32,448 nt of DNA from an uncultured Pirellulaceae bacterium. GTDB taxonomy: Bacteria; Planctomycetota; Planctomycetia; Pirellulales; Pirellulaceae. The notes under the pieces were generated by a model. The model saw nothing but the letters and a program-made list of their open reading frames with translations. It was not told the DNA's origin and made no database searches. Both the position numbers and the translations under genes were made by a program. The stretch is from contig CAZOXC010000001.1 in assembly GCA_964583205.1 (NCBI GenBank), positions 1 through 32,448 on the forward strand, given 5' to 3'. Below are positions 18,044-26,517 of this stretch, piece by piece. Each line of letters opens with the position of its first letter. Position 1 is the first letter of the stretch.

Positions 18044-18994
18044 TTAACGGTCAGCTTGTTCAACCGCCGCCGCCAGGATTGCTTGCACCGGTTCTACAAA
18101 TCGTTGAATCGACTCATTGGTTTCAACGTTCTCGACGCCCTCAACAAAGGAACGAGCCACCGCTGTGAATAGTAGATTCCTGTTCGATACCTTGAATTGC
18201 ACTTCTCGAGGATTCGCTCGGCCAATTAAAGCCAGTTGTTGATTCAGCGTTGCCTCGTCCGGAAACTCGACTAGTCGCATGTGAAACATCTGATGCCGCA
18301 TATCGGGATGGGCATCAAAATTGGTTCTGCTGACCAACCAAAACGCACCACGATTGGGCAGGATAGCGGGCGGTCTTCCTGATTCGATCTGTACAGACAC
18401 GGAAGAATAGAACTCGTCGGCTTTGACCAGTTCAACGATGTCGATCACTGCTTCCAGCAAATCGCACTTGGGTTCATAGGGTGCCGAGTCGCCATCCACC
18501 AACCCGGTTCCGAATCTGGTTTGCAGTTCGCGGAATCCTCGAGGTGTCGGGTTTTCATTGGGCTCCCGCTCAAATTGATTGCCGATCATTCGTTGCGTGT
18601 GCCGATCAGATATTGCTACATGCTCTCGCACAATATCGGGGACCGCAACACCCAGCTTGTCGGCAACGTAGAGGATTCGATTCGCGGCGATAATGATGTC
18701 TCGAGGATCGTTTCGATTCACAGCCATTGCCAACATTACAAAAGACGCCTGAACTTTATCTGGATCCTCTTCTCTGAGCGCGAACACTGCCGCGCGTTCG
18801 GCAAACACAACCAAGGTCCAGCATGTATCGGACGCCATCGACGCTTGAATCTCTCTTCGCCGAGCTAGTGGCAATTGACCCAGTTCCGTTGCAAGTTCAA
18901 AAAACTGATCATCCAGGTCATTGCGAATTGGATTGATCAAGCCGATTTCGTTTGTGGCAGGGCTTGAATAGACGACGCTGTTGCTGAGATCCAT
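18044..18994 (-). CDS. Hypothetical protein (no recognisable motifs)
   Basis: Open frame with protein-like composition. I prefer ATG 18994, which is preceded by a GAGGAA SD with a 6-nt spacer. The tracked ORF extends to TTG 19036. Confidence 0.6.
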   Translation of the reverse strand: MDLSNSVVYSSPATNEIGLINPIRNDLDDQFFELATELGQLPLARRREIQASMASDTCWTLVVFAERAAVFALREEDPDKVQASFVMLAMAVNRNDPRDIIIAANRILYVADKLGVAVPDIVREHVAISDRHTQRMIGNQFEREPNENPTPRGFRELQTRFGTGLVDGDSAPYEPKCDLLEAVIDIVELVKADEFYSSVSVQIESGRPPAILPNRGAFWLVSRTNFDAHPDMRHQMFHMRLVEFPDEATLNQQLALIGRANPREVQFKVSNRNLLFTAVARSFVEGVENVETNESIQRFVEPVQAILAAAVEQADR

Positions 18995-19050
18995 TACCAG
19001 TTCCTCAATAAAACTTTCGCCTGCCAATGTTTGCAATTATAATCACTTTA

Positions 19051-19112
19051 TCAATCCAGAAAGTCTTTGTCCTTCAAACGCGGTGGCACGTATTCCTCAG
19101 TGACGTAGCTGA
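19051..19112 (-). pseudogene. Orphan copy of the last 20 codons plus stop of top6A (direct repeat copy A)
   Basis: 59/62 nt identical to 21067..21128. It reads SYVTEEYVPPRLKDKDFLD* versus SYVTEEYVPQRLKDKDFLD* in the intact gene. It has no upstream coding continuation and is out of frame with the neighbouring ORF. Confidence 0.85.
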
Positions 19113-19123
19113 CAGAATGTGCC

Positions 19124-20950
19124 TTAATCTTGAAAGACCGAGTAGACTCTTACTGAGCCCATCTTTCGCGGAATATGCCAGCTTTCCGATTTCCGCATTC
19201 TATAGCGCACAAGTTTCTCACCACGATTTTTCAGCCAGTATTCTACAAAATCTGTCCATTCAATTCCTAAATGGCGTTCGATGGAAATTTGTTCGCTGTC
19301 ACTGAACTTCTCAAACATCTCTTCCAGTTCTGTTGCCACAATCTGATTGCATCCGTCGACCAGATGATCGCGAATGTGGCTTGCCTGTTCTTCAAATTTT
19401 CTAATTTGCACCCGCGAAATTTGAAAGTCGTCCTGGACATCCGGACGTTGAAAAAAGAGATAGGGGCCATACGAGCTGTATCTACGTTGAAATATGACTA
19501 CAGCCTGGATTGGAATCGCAATTTCTCCAAACTCCCGTATCATTTCATTGTTTTTCTCGATCCACTCCTGATATGACTCACATTCGTTTTCTAGTCGATT
19601 CCACCGATGATTCAACTTTGACAACAAACGCACTTGGTCAATCGAGAACAGTAATCGAGTCGACCCAGAGTACACGGTGACTTGGTTCGCAATATCCATT
19701 TGTAGAGTGCTTGAAAAAGCATTGCGCAGGCTTTCAGAGGGTCGATCCTGCGGGTTGTCAATTTCTACGGCGTGAAACAATGATGGTGAGTTCCTCAACC
19801 CTACCCATTTCCATGGTGACTCTTTAATTTCCTCATATTTGTGCAGGACTCTTGATAGCGAACGGAGCGCCCGATTAAGTTCAGCATTATCTTTTACCGA
19901 ATCCAAATCTCGCGCCTCGTCAACCTTTCGTATCAAATGTGTCAAATCTCCGAGGCAAGGTCCGTTTTCATCGACTAAAGATTCGATCTTGTCTGCCAAC
20001 TCAACAATCAAAACAGGACCTGGTTCCAGACTGAATTTTAGCGCACGAAGTTCCCCAACCAACTTGTTTTGTACCTCTTCTGCCTTTTCTTTCATAAAAC
20101 TACTGTTGGTGACCCAAACTTCTTTGCTGTCAAATTTTCTGGCAATTTTTTTAGCGGAACTAAGCTCTCCAATTTCCGGGAGGTATTCGACCGCCACGCC
20201 CAATCGCGAAGCCAGAGTCACCTGCTGTTCCATATTCAGGATGTCGATGAATTCGGCCAGCCTCTTGCGTTTTAATTGAGTTACTTTTTCATTAACTGCA
20301 GCCGATTTGTAATGTTCAACAACCTTAATCAATCTCTCATAGTCGATTTCGGTTGCCTCGATAAATGATGGCTGCGAAAACAGTGCTCGGGGCCCAAAAG
20401 CAGCAAGTAGTGCTAGATGATACGTGGAAATAAATTCTTCATGATTGGTTAACGATTTCTTGAGCTTGCCGTTTACACGATCAAAAATCTGGTACTGCTC
20501 TTCAAGTGTGGTAAACCCATCGCGGGCGGCTTCTTCTGCGCGAAATTCCTTTAGGAATTCTTTGAATCTATCCGAATCTCGATCAGCCAATTTTGTTTCT
20601 GATTCTGACTGCAAATACCTTTTTCGAATTATTTGAAAATAATATCTATAAACAAAATCATCATCGACTTTGATATCGGGTGCTCGTTCGAATTCTCTGG
20701 CAAGTTCTTCTGATGCTGAGCGCAAAACGTTGCAGTCAGCTTCATTTAGATCACTATGGAATAAATATTCGTCAACAAACAACTTGAATTCATCAATGAG
20801 CGTTCCTTCCAGCAAAACGATCTTACGATGTGGTCGCAAATGAGATCTTGCTTTAGAAATACTTTTTTGCTGCGCAACCGTTTCGGAACAAAGGACGACG
20901 AAGCCCAAGCAAAGCGTTAGAAAGCAACCTGATTTTGTTGCGGCGCTCAT
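19124..20950 (-). CDS. Hypothetical secreted protein, E/K/F-rich, probably helical
   Basis: 608 aa with an N-terminal signal peptide (MSAATKSGCFLTLCLGFVVLCSETVAQQ). G+C is clearly lower than in the neighbours: hand counts of two 60-nt lines gave 30% and 42%, versus 45-52% in flanking lines. Confidence 0.65.
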   Translation of the reverse strand: MSAATKSGCFLTLCLGFVVLCSETVAQQKSISKARSHLRPHRKIVLLEGTLIDEFKLFVDEYLFHSDLNEADCNVLRSASEELAREFERAPDIKVDDDFVYRYYFQIIRKRYLQSESETKLADRDSDRFKEFLKEFRAEEAARDGFTTLEEQYQIFDRVNGKLKKSLTNHEEFISTYHLALLAAFGPRALFSQPSFIEATEIDYERLIKVVEHYKSAAVNEKVTQLKRKRLAEFIDILNMEQQVTLASRLGVAVEYLPEIGELSSAKKIARKFDSKEVWVTNSSFMKEKAEEVQNKLVGELRALKFSLEPGPVLIVELADKIESLVDENGPCLGDLTHLIRKVDEARDLDSVKDNAELNRALRSLSRVLHKYEEIKESPWKWVGLRNSPSLFHAVEIDNPQDRPSESLRNAFSSTLQMDIANQVTVYSGSTRLLFSIDQVRLLSKLNHRWNRLENECESYQEWIEKNNEMIREFGEIAIPIQAVVIFQRRYSSYGPYLFFQRPDVQDDFQISRVQIRKFEEQASHIRDHLVDGCNQIVATELEEMFEKFSDSEQISIERHLGIEWTDFVEYWLKNRGEKLVRYRMRKSESWHIPRKMGSVRVYSVFQD

Positions 20951-21066
20951 TTAATCGTCACCCTCGTTTTGGATCCTTATTTCCACAATTGTCAAATTTG
21001 CTCTCGGCCACTAGTGAAAACCACCCACCAATGCGGTGAATGAGAAGTCCAATCGCGCCTGCTTTG

Positions 21067-21128
21067 TCAATCCAGAAAGTCTTTGTCCTTCAAACGCTGT
21101 GGCACATATTCCTCAGTGACGTAACTGA
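21067..21128 (-). repeat. Direct repeat copy B (native 3' end of top6A)
   Basis: Partner of 19051..19112, offset exactly 2016 bp, with 3 mismatches. Confidence 0.85.
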
Positions 21129-22266
21129 TGTCTTTCGAGATCAATGCTTCGACTTCCAGCTTGAAGTCGTTGTCGAGCATTTTTTTGAACTCTTTCTGCC
21201 ATTCGCGTTTCTTTTCGAACCAGGGATAACTGGCAATCTGCTTCGTTCGCTTCTTGTCTGAATCGCTCAATTTGATCTGCACACTGGGATTCAAGTCACA
21301 GCGTTCAAAGTCGAGGCTCCGCAAACCCATGAATTTGGCATCGGGAATCGCCATCCGCTTGGACTCGAACGCCAGGTTGATCGAACCCTGCTTGATCACG
21401 CTATAGATGTAGTACCCCCAAGGGTCATTATCGAGCAAGCAATAAATTGGCAGTTTGAATTCATTGTGCAAACGATTGAGCATCCGCCTAACGCCGCGAG
21501 GTGGCTGGCCGCTGCCGTGCGTCAACAGGCACTTGTGCTTGTCAAAAAACCGATCCTGCACGAAGCGATTGAACACCGTATCTTTTTCGACATGCAGGAT
21601 AAACTTGACGTTGTGCTTAACGAGCTTGATCGAGTTCGGCTCGACAATCGAAGGAATGCTGTATCCGTTTCGGCCCACATCCTCGCGACAATTGATTTCC
21701 TTATTGGAGTTCATTTCCAGATCGACCAGGGTCACATCACCGAACATGTTGCCTCGATTGGAAGCATACAGGTGCAGCTCTTCACGAAGTGCATCCAGCG
21801 TCACTTCCAGGTCTTCGATAATTGGATCGCAATCACCCTGATCGTCAAACGTTTCTTCCTTCGTGCCTTCGATCGTGTGTTTCAGCAAGTAATACATGCC
21901 ACGAATACTGGTAGTCTTGCCTTGCTCGATCAGTTGCTTGCAACCGCTGGAAACCAGCATCGTCTGCATATAACTTTTGGCCTGCGACAAGTTAAACAGC
22001 TCGCGCCGATTCTTGTTTTTCCCCATCTCAATGATCTTGCGCGATCGATTAAATTTGACGTTCGACAGTGACCGCGAGGGGATATCCAGATGCGGCGCTC
22101 GACTTCGCTGAGTGACCTGCACAACACCATTCGCCAGATCCTTGAGCGATTTCATCGTCTTCTTGTCGGCTGTCGACAGCTTGACCGACCCATTGGACTT
22201 GCCATTGGATTTAGTCTTCGGCTTTTTAACCAGTCGACGTTTTCGAGCTACTTTGCGTTTGGCCAT
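21067..22266 (-). CDS. top6A: DNA topoisomerase VI subunit A (Spo11/Top6A family)
   Basis: Catalytic-Tyr block SIRGMYYLLKH. Toprim Glu in ILHVEKDTVFNRF and the DxD motif in YCLLDNDPWGYYIYS. The N-terminal 40 aa or so are K/R-rich (MAKRKVARKRRLVKKPKTKSNGK...). Confidence 0.9.
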   Translation of the reverse strand: MAKRKVARKRRLVKKPKTKSNGKSNGSVKLSTADKKTMKSLKDLANGVVQVTQRSRAPHLDIPSRSLSNVKFNRSRKIIEMGKNKNRRELFNLSQAKSYMQTMLVSSGCKQLIEQGKTTSIRGMYYLLKHTIEGTKEETFDDQGDCDPIIEDLEVTLDALREELHLYASNRGNMFGDVTLVDLEMNSNKEINCREDVGRNGYSIPSIVEPNSIKLVKHNVKFILHVEKDTVFNRFVQDRFFDKHKCLLTHGSGQPPRGVRRMLNRLHNEFKLPIYCLLDNDPWGYYIYSVIKQGSINLAFESKRMAIPDAKFMGLRSLDFERCDLNPSVQIKLSDSDKKRTKQIASYPWFEKKREWQKEFKKMLDNDFKLEVEALISKDISYVTEEYVPQRLKDKDFLD

Positions 22267-22347
22267 GGAATCGAGTCTTCAGTTTCTGTATTCAAATGTT
22301 CGGATTCAATTGTTCTGATCTCTGCCGAACCGAGGTTGGACTTGGTG

Positions 22348-24501
22348 TTATTCAAACAATTCTTTTTGTTTGGAGCCGTTTTTTGCTCCGCTGGAAGCGC
22401 CGTTGATTGCGGGTTGTTGATCGACGATCAAAACGTTGTCGCCGTACAACTCTGATTCCTCGCCGATCTTTTTGCCTCGCTTGTCGAGTTTCGTATCGGC
22501 TTCCTTGGTTTTGCGCTGTGCGATTTTCAGCAAGTTGTCATACAGGTTCTGGCGACTGGCTCCGTTGATATCACTTACTGCATTGGCCACCTCGCCCAGG
22601 TAGCGAAGAAAAATACTGCGCCTTTCACCTTCCTGCTTGATACTCTTGCGCCTTCGCAAAAACATTCCCAGCTTTCGCCCGACTGCCTGAAGTGCCAGCC
22701 GCAATTCTTTTTCAATTTCCTCGTAGTTGGCGATTGCCTCTTTGGACTCGCTGGTAAAGGGGACCCACACGCTGGCCATGTGCACCATCACTGTGACCGG
22801 TCCGCTGGGCAAATTTCCTCGGGATTGCGTCAGCCCGTAGCTCTTCCAATTGGTACTCATGATGGTCTTGCTGATCGCACAGTCGCCCATTTTGAATTGC
22901 AAAGGAACCCGGTTTGCGTAGCGCAGAACCTGCATGGATTGCGAGTCGCTGACGCTGACTTCCTGCATCGCTTCAAACAACCTGACCCGTTCGTTTTTGT
23001 TCAGCTTGGACGGCGACTGGCGAGTTCCCAGTTTGGCGGCTTTGATAATCTTGTCAGCGCCGTCATTTCCCAAACCGTCAAAGGTGTTGATCAAGAACTG
23101 CTTAACCGTCCGCGAATCCGTTTCATCCAGAAACCGGTTCAATTCTTCTTCGTTGACTTTCTTGGTTGATACCGCTCCCCCGTAAGCGATGGCCACTTCG
23201 ATTTGAAAAGGGTTACCGCGATAGACGGCAGGTGGCCTGGTCGCAGCGGCATAAAATTCGCCCGGCACTACCTGGTACAAGCCCTTCAACAACAAAGCTT
23301 CGCCGATCGGGGCAATGCAGTCCGTGGAGGGCGATCCGATTTTGGTTTCTTGAATTGCCTGATAGAGCTTGTCCGCCTCGCTGCGGCCAATTTTTTTCGT
23401 GGATGCTCGAGTACTGATCTTGGCTGCATCGCAAATTCGCCGAGCGACGGCGCTACTGACCTTCGAGAAATTACTGGTCAGGAATTGCGAAATGGTTTTG
23501 GCTTCCTTTTCTTCCTTGAGCATCGAAAGCAGTCGGCCAAGCTCAACGCCGTAAGGGTGCGGCTTGATTTCCTTCGCTTCCGGCGGCAGCGAGGTCGTGC
23601 TGCGTTTGTAACTGGTCGTGTTGCCGTCCGGATCGGTGTAATGAATCGTCACATGCGGATTGGCAATCGCGGTTTGCTCCAGGTATTCATCGACGCTACC
23701 CTTGCCACGCTTGTAGGCCGCCTCCATTTCGATGGAAACCATCGTGCCACTCACCAGAGGTTTTGCGGTGCCATCTTCTTCGGCGGGTGGGATTTCAGTC
23801 TCCCAGCGAATCTGATTTTTCTCGCAAAACTTGGTCTGATCCTTCGGCAAGTCTTCGCCTTCACCTTTCCCGTTATGAATTTCCGGGTTGTTGGTTTTGG
23901 TGTTGATCTGAATCTTGAAAAAGTGAGCGGGCTTGCGTTTGGAAATTTTCGAAACGATCTTGATGGGCTTGCCGGTGGTCAACTGTCCATACATGCCGGC
24001 GGCGCTGATACCGATTCCCTGTTGGCCTCGACTCATCCGCAGACGATGGAACTTGGAACCATACAGCAGCTTGCCAAAGATCAATGGGATTTGTTTCTTA
24101 ACGATCCCGGGACCATTGTCCTGGATGGTGACGGCGAAGCGGTTCTTGGCAGTCGATTCGATATTCACCCAGATTTCTGGAACGATGCCGGCTTCTTCGC
24201 AAGCGTCCAGCGAGTTATCGACGGCTTCCTTGACTGTGGTCAGCAGAGCCTTGCGAGCATTATCGAATCCCAGCAAGTGTCGGTTTTTGGTAAAGAATTC
24301 ACTGACCGAGATGCTGCGCTGCTCGGCCGCCATGGTTTGCGCGGTGGCTTTGCGTCGGCGGCGAGGCGGCGCATTGTCGCCTGCAGTGTCGGCCGCGCTC
24401 TGCGACTTTGGGCCACCTGATTTCGCGCTGCTCGATTTGCTGCGGCGCTTTTTGATGACTTTCTTTTTCTTCTTTCGAGCTGTGGATCTGGTCTTGGGCA
24501 A
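22348..24501 (-). CDS. top6B: DNA topoisomerase VI subunit B (GHKL ATPase + transducer)
   Basis: Bergerat-fold motifs EAVDNSLDACEEAG, DNGPGI and SRGQQGIGISAA. The start is proposed at TTG 24501, preceded by an AAGGAG SD with an 8-nt spacer, giving 717 aa beginning MPKTRSTARKKKKKVIKKRR. Alternatives are ATG 24333 and the ORF-track start at 24897. Confidence 0.85.
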   Translation of the reverse strand: MPKTRSTARKKKKKVIKKRRSKSSSAKSGGPKSQSAADTAGDNAPPRRRRKATAQTMAAEQRSISVSEFFTKNRHLLGFDNARKALLTTVKEAVDNSLDACEEAGIVPEIWVNIESTAKNRFAVTIQDNGPGIVKKQIPLIFGKLLYGSKFHRLRMSRGQQGIGISAAGMYGQLTTGKPIKIVSKISKRKPAHFFKIQINTKTNNPEIHNGKGEGEDLPKDQTKFCEKNQIRWETEIPPAEEDGTAKPLVSGTMVSIEMEAAYKRGKGSVDEYLEQTAIANPHVTIHYTDPDGNTTSYKRSTTSLPPEAKEIKPHPYGVELGRLLSMLKEEKEAKTISQFLTSNFSKVSSAVARRICDAAKISTRASTKKIGRSEADKLYQAIQETKIGSPSTDCIAPIGEALLLKGLYQVVPGEFYAAATRPPAVYRGNPFQIEVAIAYGGAVSTKKVNEEELNRFLDETDSRTVKQFLINTFDGLGNDGADKIIKAAKLGTRQSPSKLNKNERVRLFEAMQEVSVSDSQSMQVLRYANRVPLQFKMGDCAISKTIMSTNWKSYGLTQSRGNLPSGPVTVMVHMASVWVPFTSESKEAIANYEEIEKELRLALQAVGRKLGMFLRRRKSIKQEGERRSIFLRYLGEVANAVSDINGASRQNLYDNLLKIAQRKTKEADTKLDKRGKKIGEESELYGDNVLIVDQQPAINGASSGAKNGSKQKELFE

Positions 24502-24881
24502 CGGTAAAACTCCTTTAACCACCAACACTTGCCAATTAGCCGGAGGTTCCTGATGCGACTTTCGAATCGCATTATGCGGCGGCAAACGACCCGAACTTAA
24601 ACTATGCCGATTATATCGGGCGCGAACTTTTCCTGACAGACGGTTTTGTGGGTTATAAGGCCACGGAATTACGTTTGCACGTGCATGCAGCACAAATGTC
24701 TCACTCGGAAATTGTCGTCTGACCGAATAATCACTGTGAAAACCTATGGCTGTTCCATCTGGTGCACCCGGAGAAATGTTTGCGAGACCTTTCTGGGGGT
24801 GGCCTTGCCGGGCAAGGAAGATTCCGATCAGGAATATCCCGGCGGATGCGGCTATCAAATCAGGTGAGAAGGAGCGAACCG

Positions 24882-25436
24882 ATGAAAAATATCGCAATGG
24901 CCCTGGCGATCGCCGTAAGCATGTTCGCCGGCAATCAACTCATGGCCCAGGATTCAGGCGTACTGCAAAATCGTCTTTTCCAAAACCAGTACACTCAAGC
25001 CGGTGCAAGTCAACACAATGCTGCGTTGTACATCGCACCCCAACCAGTACCCGGTCGAGTCGGCCATACGTACTACACTTACGAAGCCCTCTATCCACAC
25101 GAGCATCTCTACACACATAAGCGTCGTTACTTCAATTACTACGCCGGACCAGAAGCCTTCTATGGCGATTCCTGCAAACGCGGCGCAACCGGTGGTGGCG
25201 CCCTGAATCGCACGACTGTGATCTGGCAAAGTGGTAATCAGCATTTCGGTAACTTCCCGTTCTCGTTTAGCAAATTGCAAAATGCTCAATACAAATACTT
25301 CAACAGGAAGTACTGCCTGGGCGCAAGCTCCGGTGGCAACGGCTTGAAAAGCAGGATTCGCACAGCCGGTGGCTTAGGCGGATTCGGTGGCGGCGCGAGT
25401 GGCGGAAGCTGCCCAAGCGGCGACTGTGGCTATTAA
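24882..25436 (+). CDS. Secreted Tyr/Gly-rich hypothetical protein ending in CPSGDCGY
   Basis: AAGGAG SD 8 nt upstream of ATG 24882. Signal peptide MKNIAMALAIAVSMFAGNQLMAQ. It has a PQPVPGRVGHTYYTYEALYPHEHLY block and a Gly-rich C-terminus. Confidence 0.7.
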   Translation: MKNIAMALAIAVSMFAGNQLMAQDSGVLQNRLFQNQYTQAGASQHNAALYIAPQPVPGRVGHTYYTYEALYPHEHLYTHKRRYFNYYAGPEAFYGDSCKRGATGGGALNRTTVIWQSGNQHFGNFPFSFSKLQNAQYKYFNRKYCLGASSGGNGLKSRIRTAGGLGGFGGGASGGSCPSGDCGY

Positions 25437-25573
25437 AAACCAAGCCTATATAAAATAAGACCAATGCCGTTTTTAGAGAGTCACTAAATTCGGCATGTCA
25501 TTCAAGTGTTTGACCAACACGCCGCAAGCTCAAACAACAGACCATTCAGTGAAATTTAAACAGGAAGTTTAAA

Positions 25574-26260
25574 ATGAGAATCTCTAGTTTACTGGCGGCG
25601 CTGGTTGCAACAGGCGCTTTGCTGGTTGCCAACGTCGGCAATGCCCAGGAAAGTATGATTTCCAGCGATTGCCCAACCGGCGATTGTGGAACCAGCGGCT
25701 ATGACGACGGAAGCTACTCGGGAGCCTACGGTGGCGGTGGTACAGGTGTTTGTTGCGATCCCGGAACTCGCACACCTGTTCCCAGCCCATGGGGCGAGGC
25801 AGATCAATCCTGCCGCAATCCTGATGGGTCCCTGAACGCCAACTGTATCGGCAATGGACGATTGAAAAAAGCGTATCCTTCACCAATCTCGACTCTACGC
25901 AACGCTCGCAGGGATCCCTTTCATCCCGCACCCGTGTTTGCCTACGGTCGTCACGGAATCGATGCCACTCGCGTTCAAAATTGGAATTACAACCAGGCCG
26001 GTCAGTATTCCTGGCACGGAAACTACTACCACCGCCAATGGGGACAACCACTGGCACTAGTCGTTCCACCAACCGCCAGTTACCAAACTCGCTATTCATG
26101 GGGCGTTGGACAAACCACCAGCTTGCCAATCTATCACCAATACGGCCGACCCAATCCGGGCGGTGGAGCCGGACCTGGTGGAGCTGGACTATCGCCAACT
26201 CCTTACTGGCCATCCAACACCGACCAGTTCGGCGTTTATCCAGTACGAGGTCCCTGGTAG
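25574..26260 (+). CDS. Secreted Gly/Tyr/Trp-rich hypothetical protein starting with CPTGDCG after the signal peptide
   Basis: AGGAAG lies upstream of the ATG. Signal peptide MRISSLLAALVATGALLVANVGNAQ. A strong intrinsic terminator follows the gene. Confidence 0.7.
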   Translation: MRISSLLAALVATGALLVANVGNAQESMISSDCPTGDCGTSGYDDGSYSGAYGGGGTGVCCDPGTRTPVPSPWGEADQSCRNPDGSLNANCIGNGRLKKAYPSPISTLRNARRDPFHPAPVFAYGRHGIDATRVQNWNYNQAGQYSWHGNYYHRQWGQPLALVVPPTASYQTRYSWGVGQTTSLPIYHQYGRPNPGGGAGPGGAGLSPTPYWPSNTDQFGVYPVRGPW

Positions 26261-26318
26261 TCAATCAGATCGCGTTCAACAAACGTGTCTGACAATCACC
26301 AAACTGATTTGAATTCAT

Positions 26319-26350
26319 GCGATGGCTCGACTTGAGCCATCGCTTTTTTT
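26319..26350 (+). terminator. Intrinsic terminator
   Basis: Perfect 10-bp stem gcgatggctc-gactt-gagccatcgc followed by a T7 tract. Confidence 0.85.
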
Positions 26351-26517
26351 GTAAACTGATTTGAGGCTCGACCATTCCCACCCTGGCAATTGCAATTAGC
26401 CCGGCCGATATTGTGAATTCCAAATCTGCTTCGGCAAACTCTGGTGAATACTCCGTGAGCGCTCTGTGAGTGCTTCGCGAATCGAACTGGTTGCAGTGTT
26501 AAGTGGCTTGCGTTCGC

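Noticed and set aside
19051-21128. The repeat-flanked segment as a prophage, IS element or integrative element.
   Set aside because: It has no integrase, transposase or terminal inverted repeats, and it carries only one gene. I kept it as a finding (cassette-like insertion) but not as a called mobile element.
23203-24420. 405-aa ORF on the + strand inside top6B. Similar long antisense ORFs occur at 2133..2786, 14232..14792, 16829..17527, 25584..26264, 28096..28602, 29558..30097, 26503..26970 and 31867..32334.
   Set aside because: Each lies fully antisense to a gene with strong family motifs or better context. Their translations are Arg/Leu/Gly/Ser-rich low-information sequences typical of shadow ORFs in moderately GC-rich DNA.
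24502-24897. 132-aa N-terminal extension of the top6B ORF.
   Set aside because: It contains no Top6B-like sequence and would overlap the divergent gene's SD and start. A strong AAGGAG SD precedes TTG 24501. I cannot exclude it without experimental start mapping.
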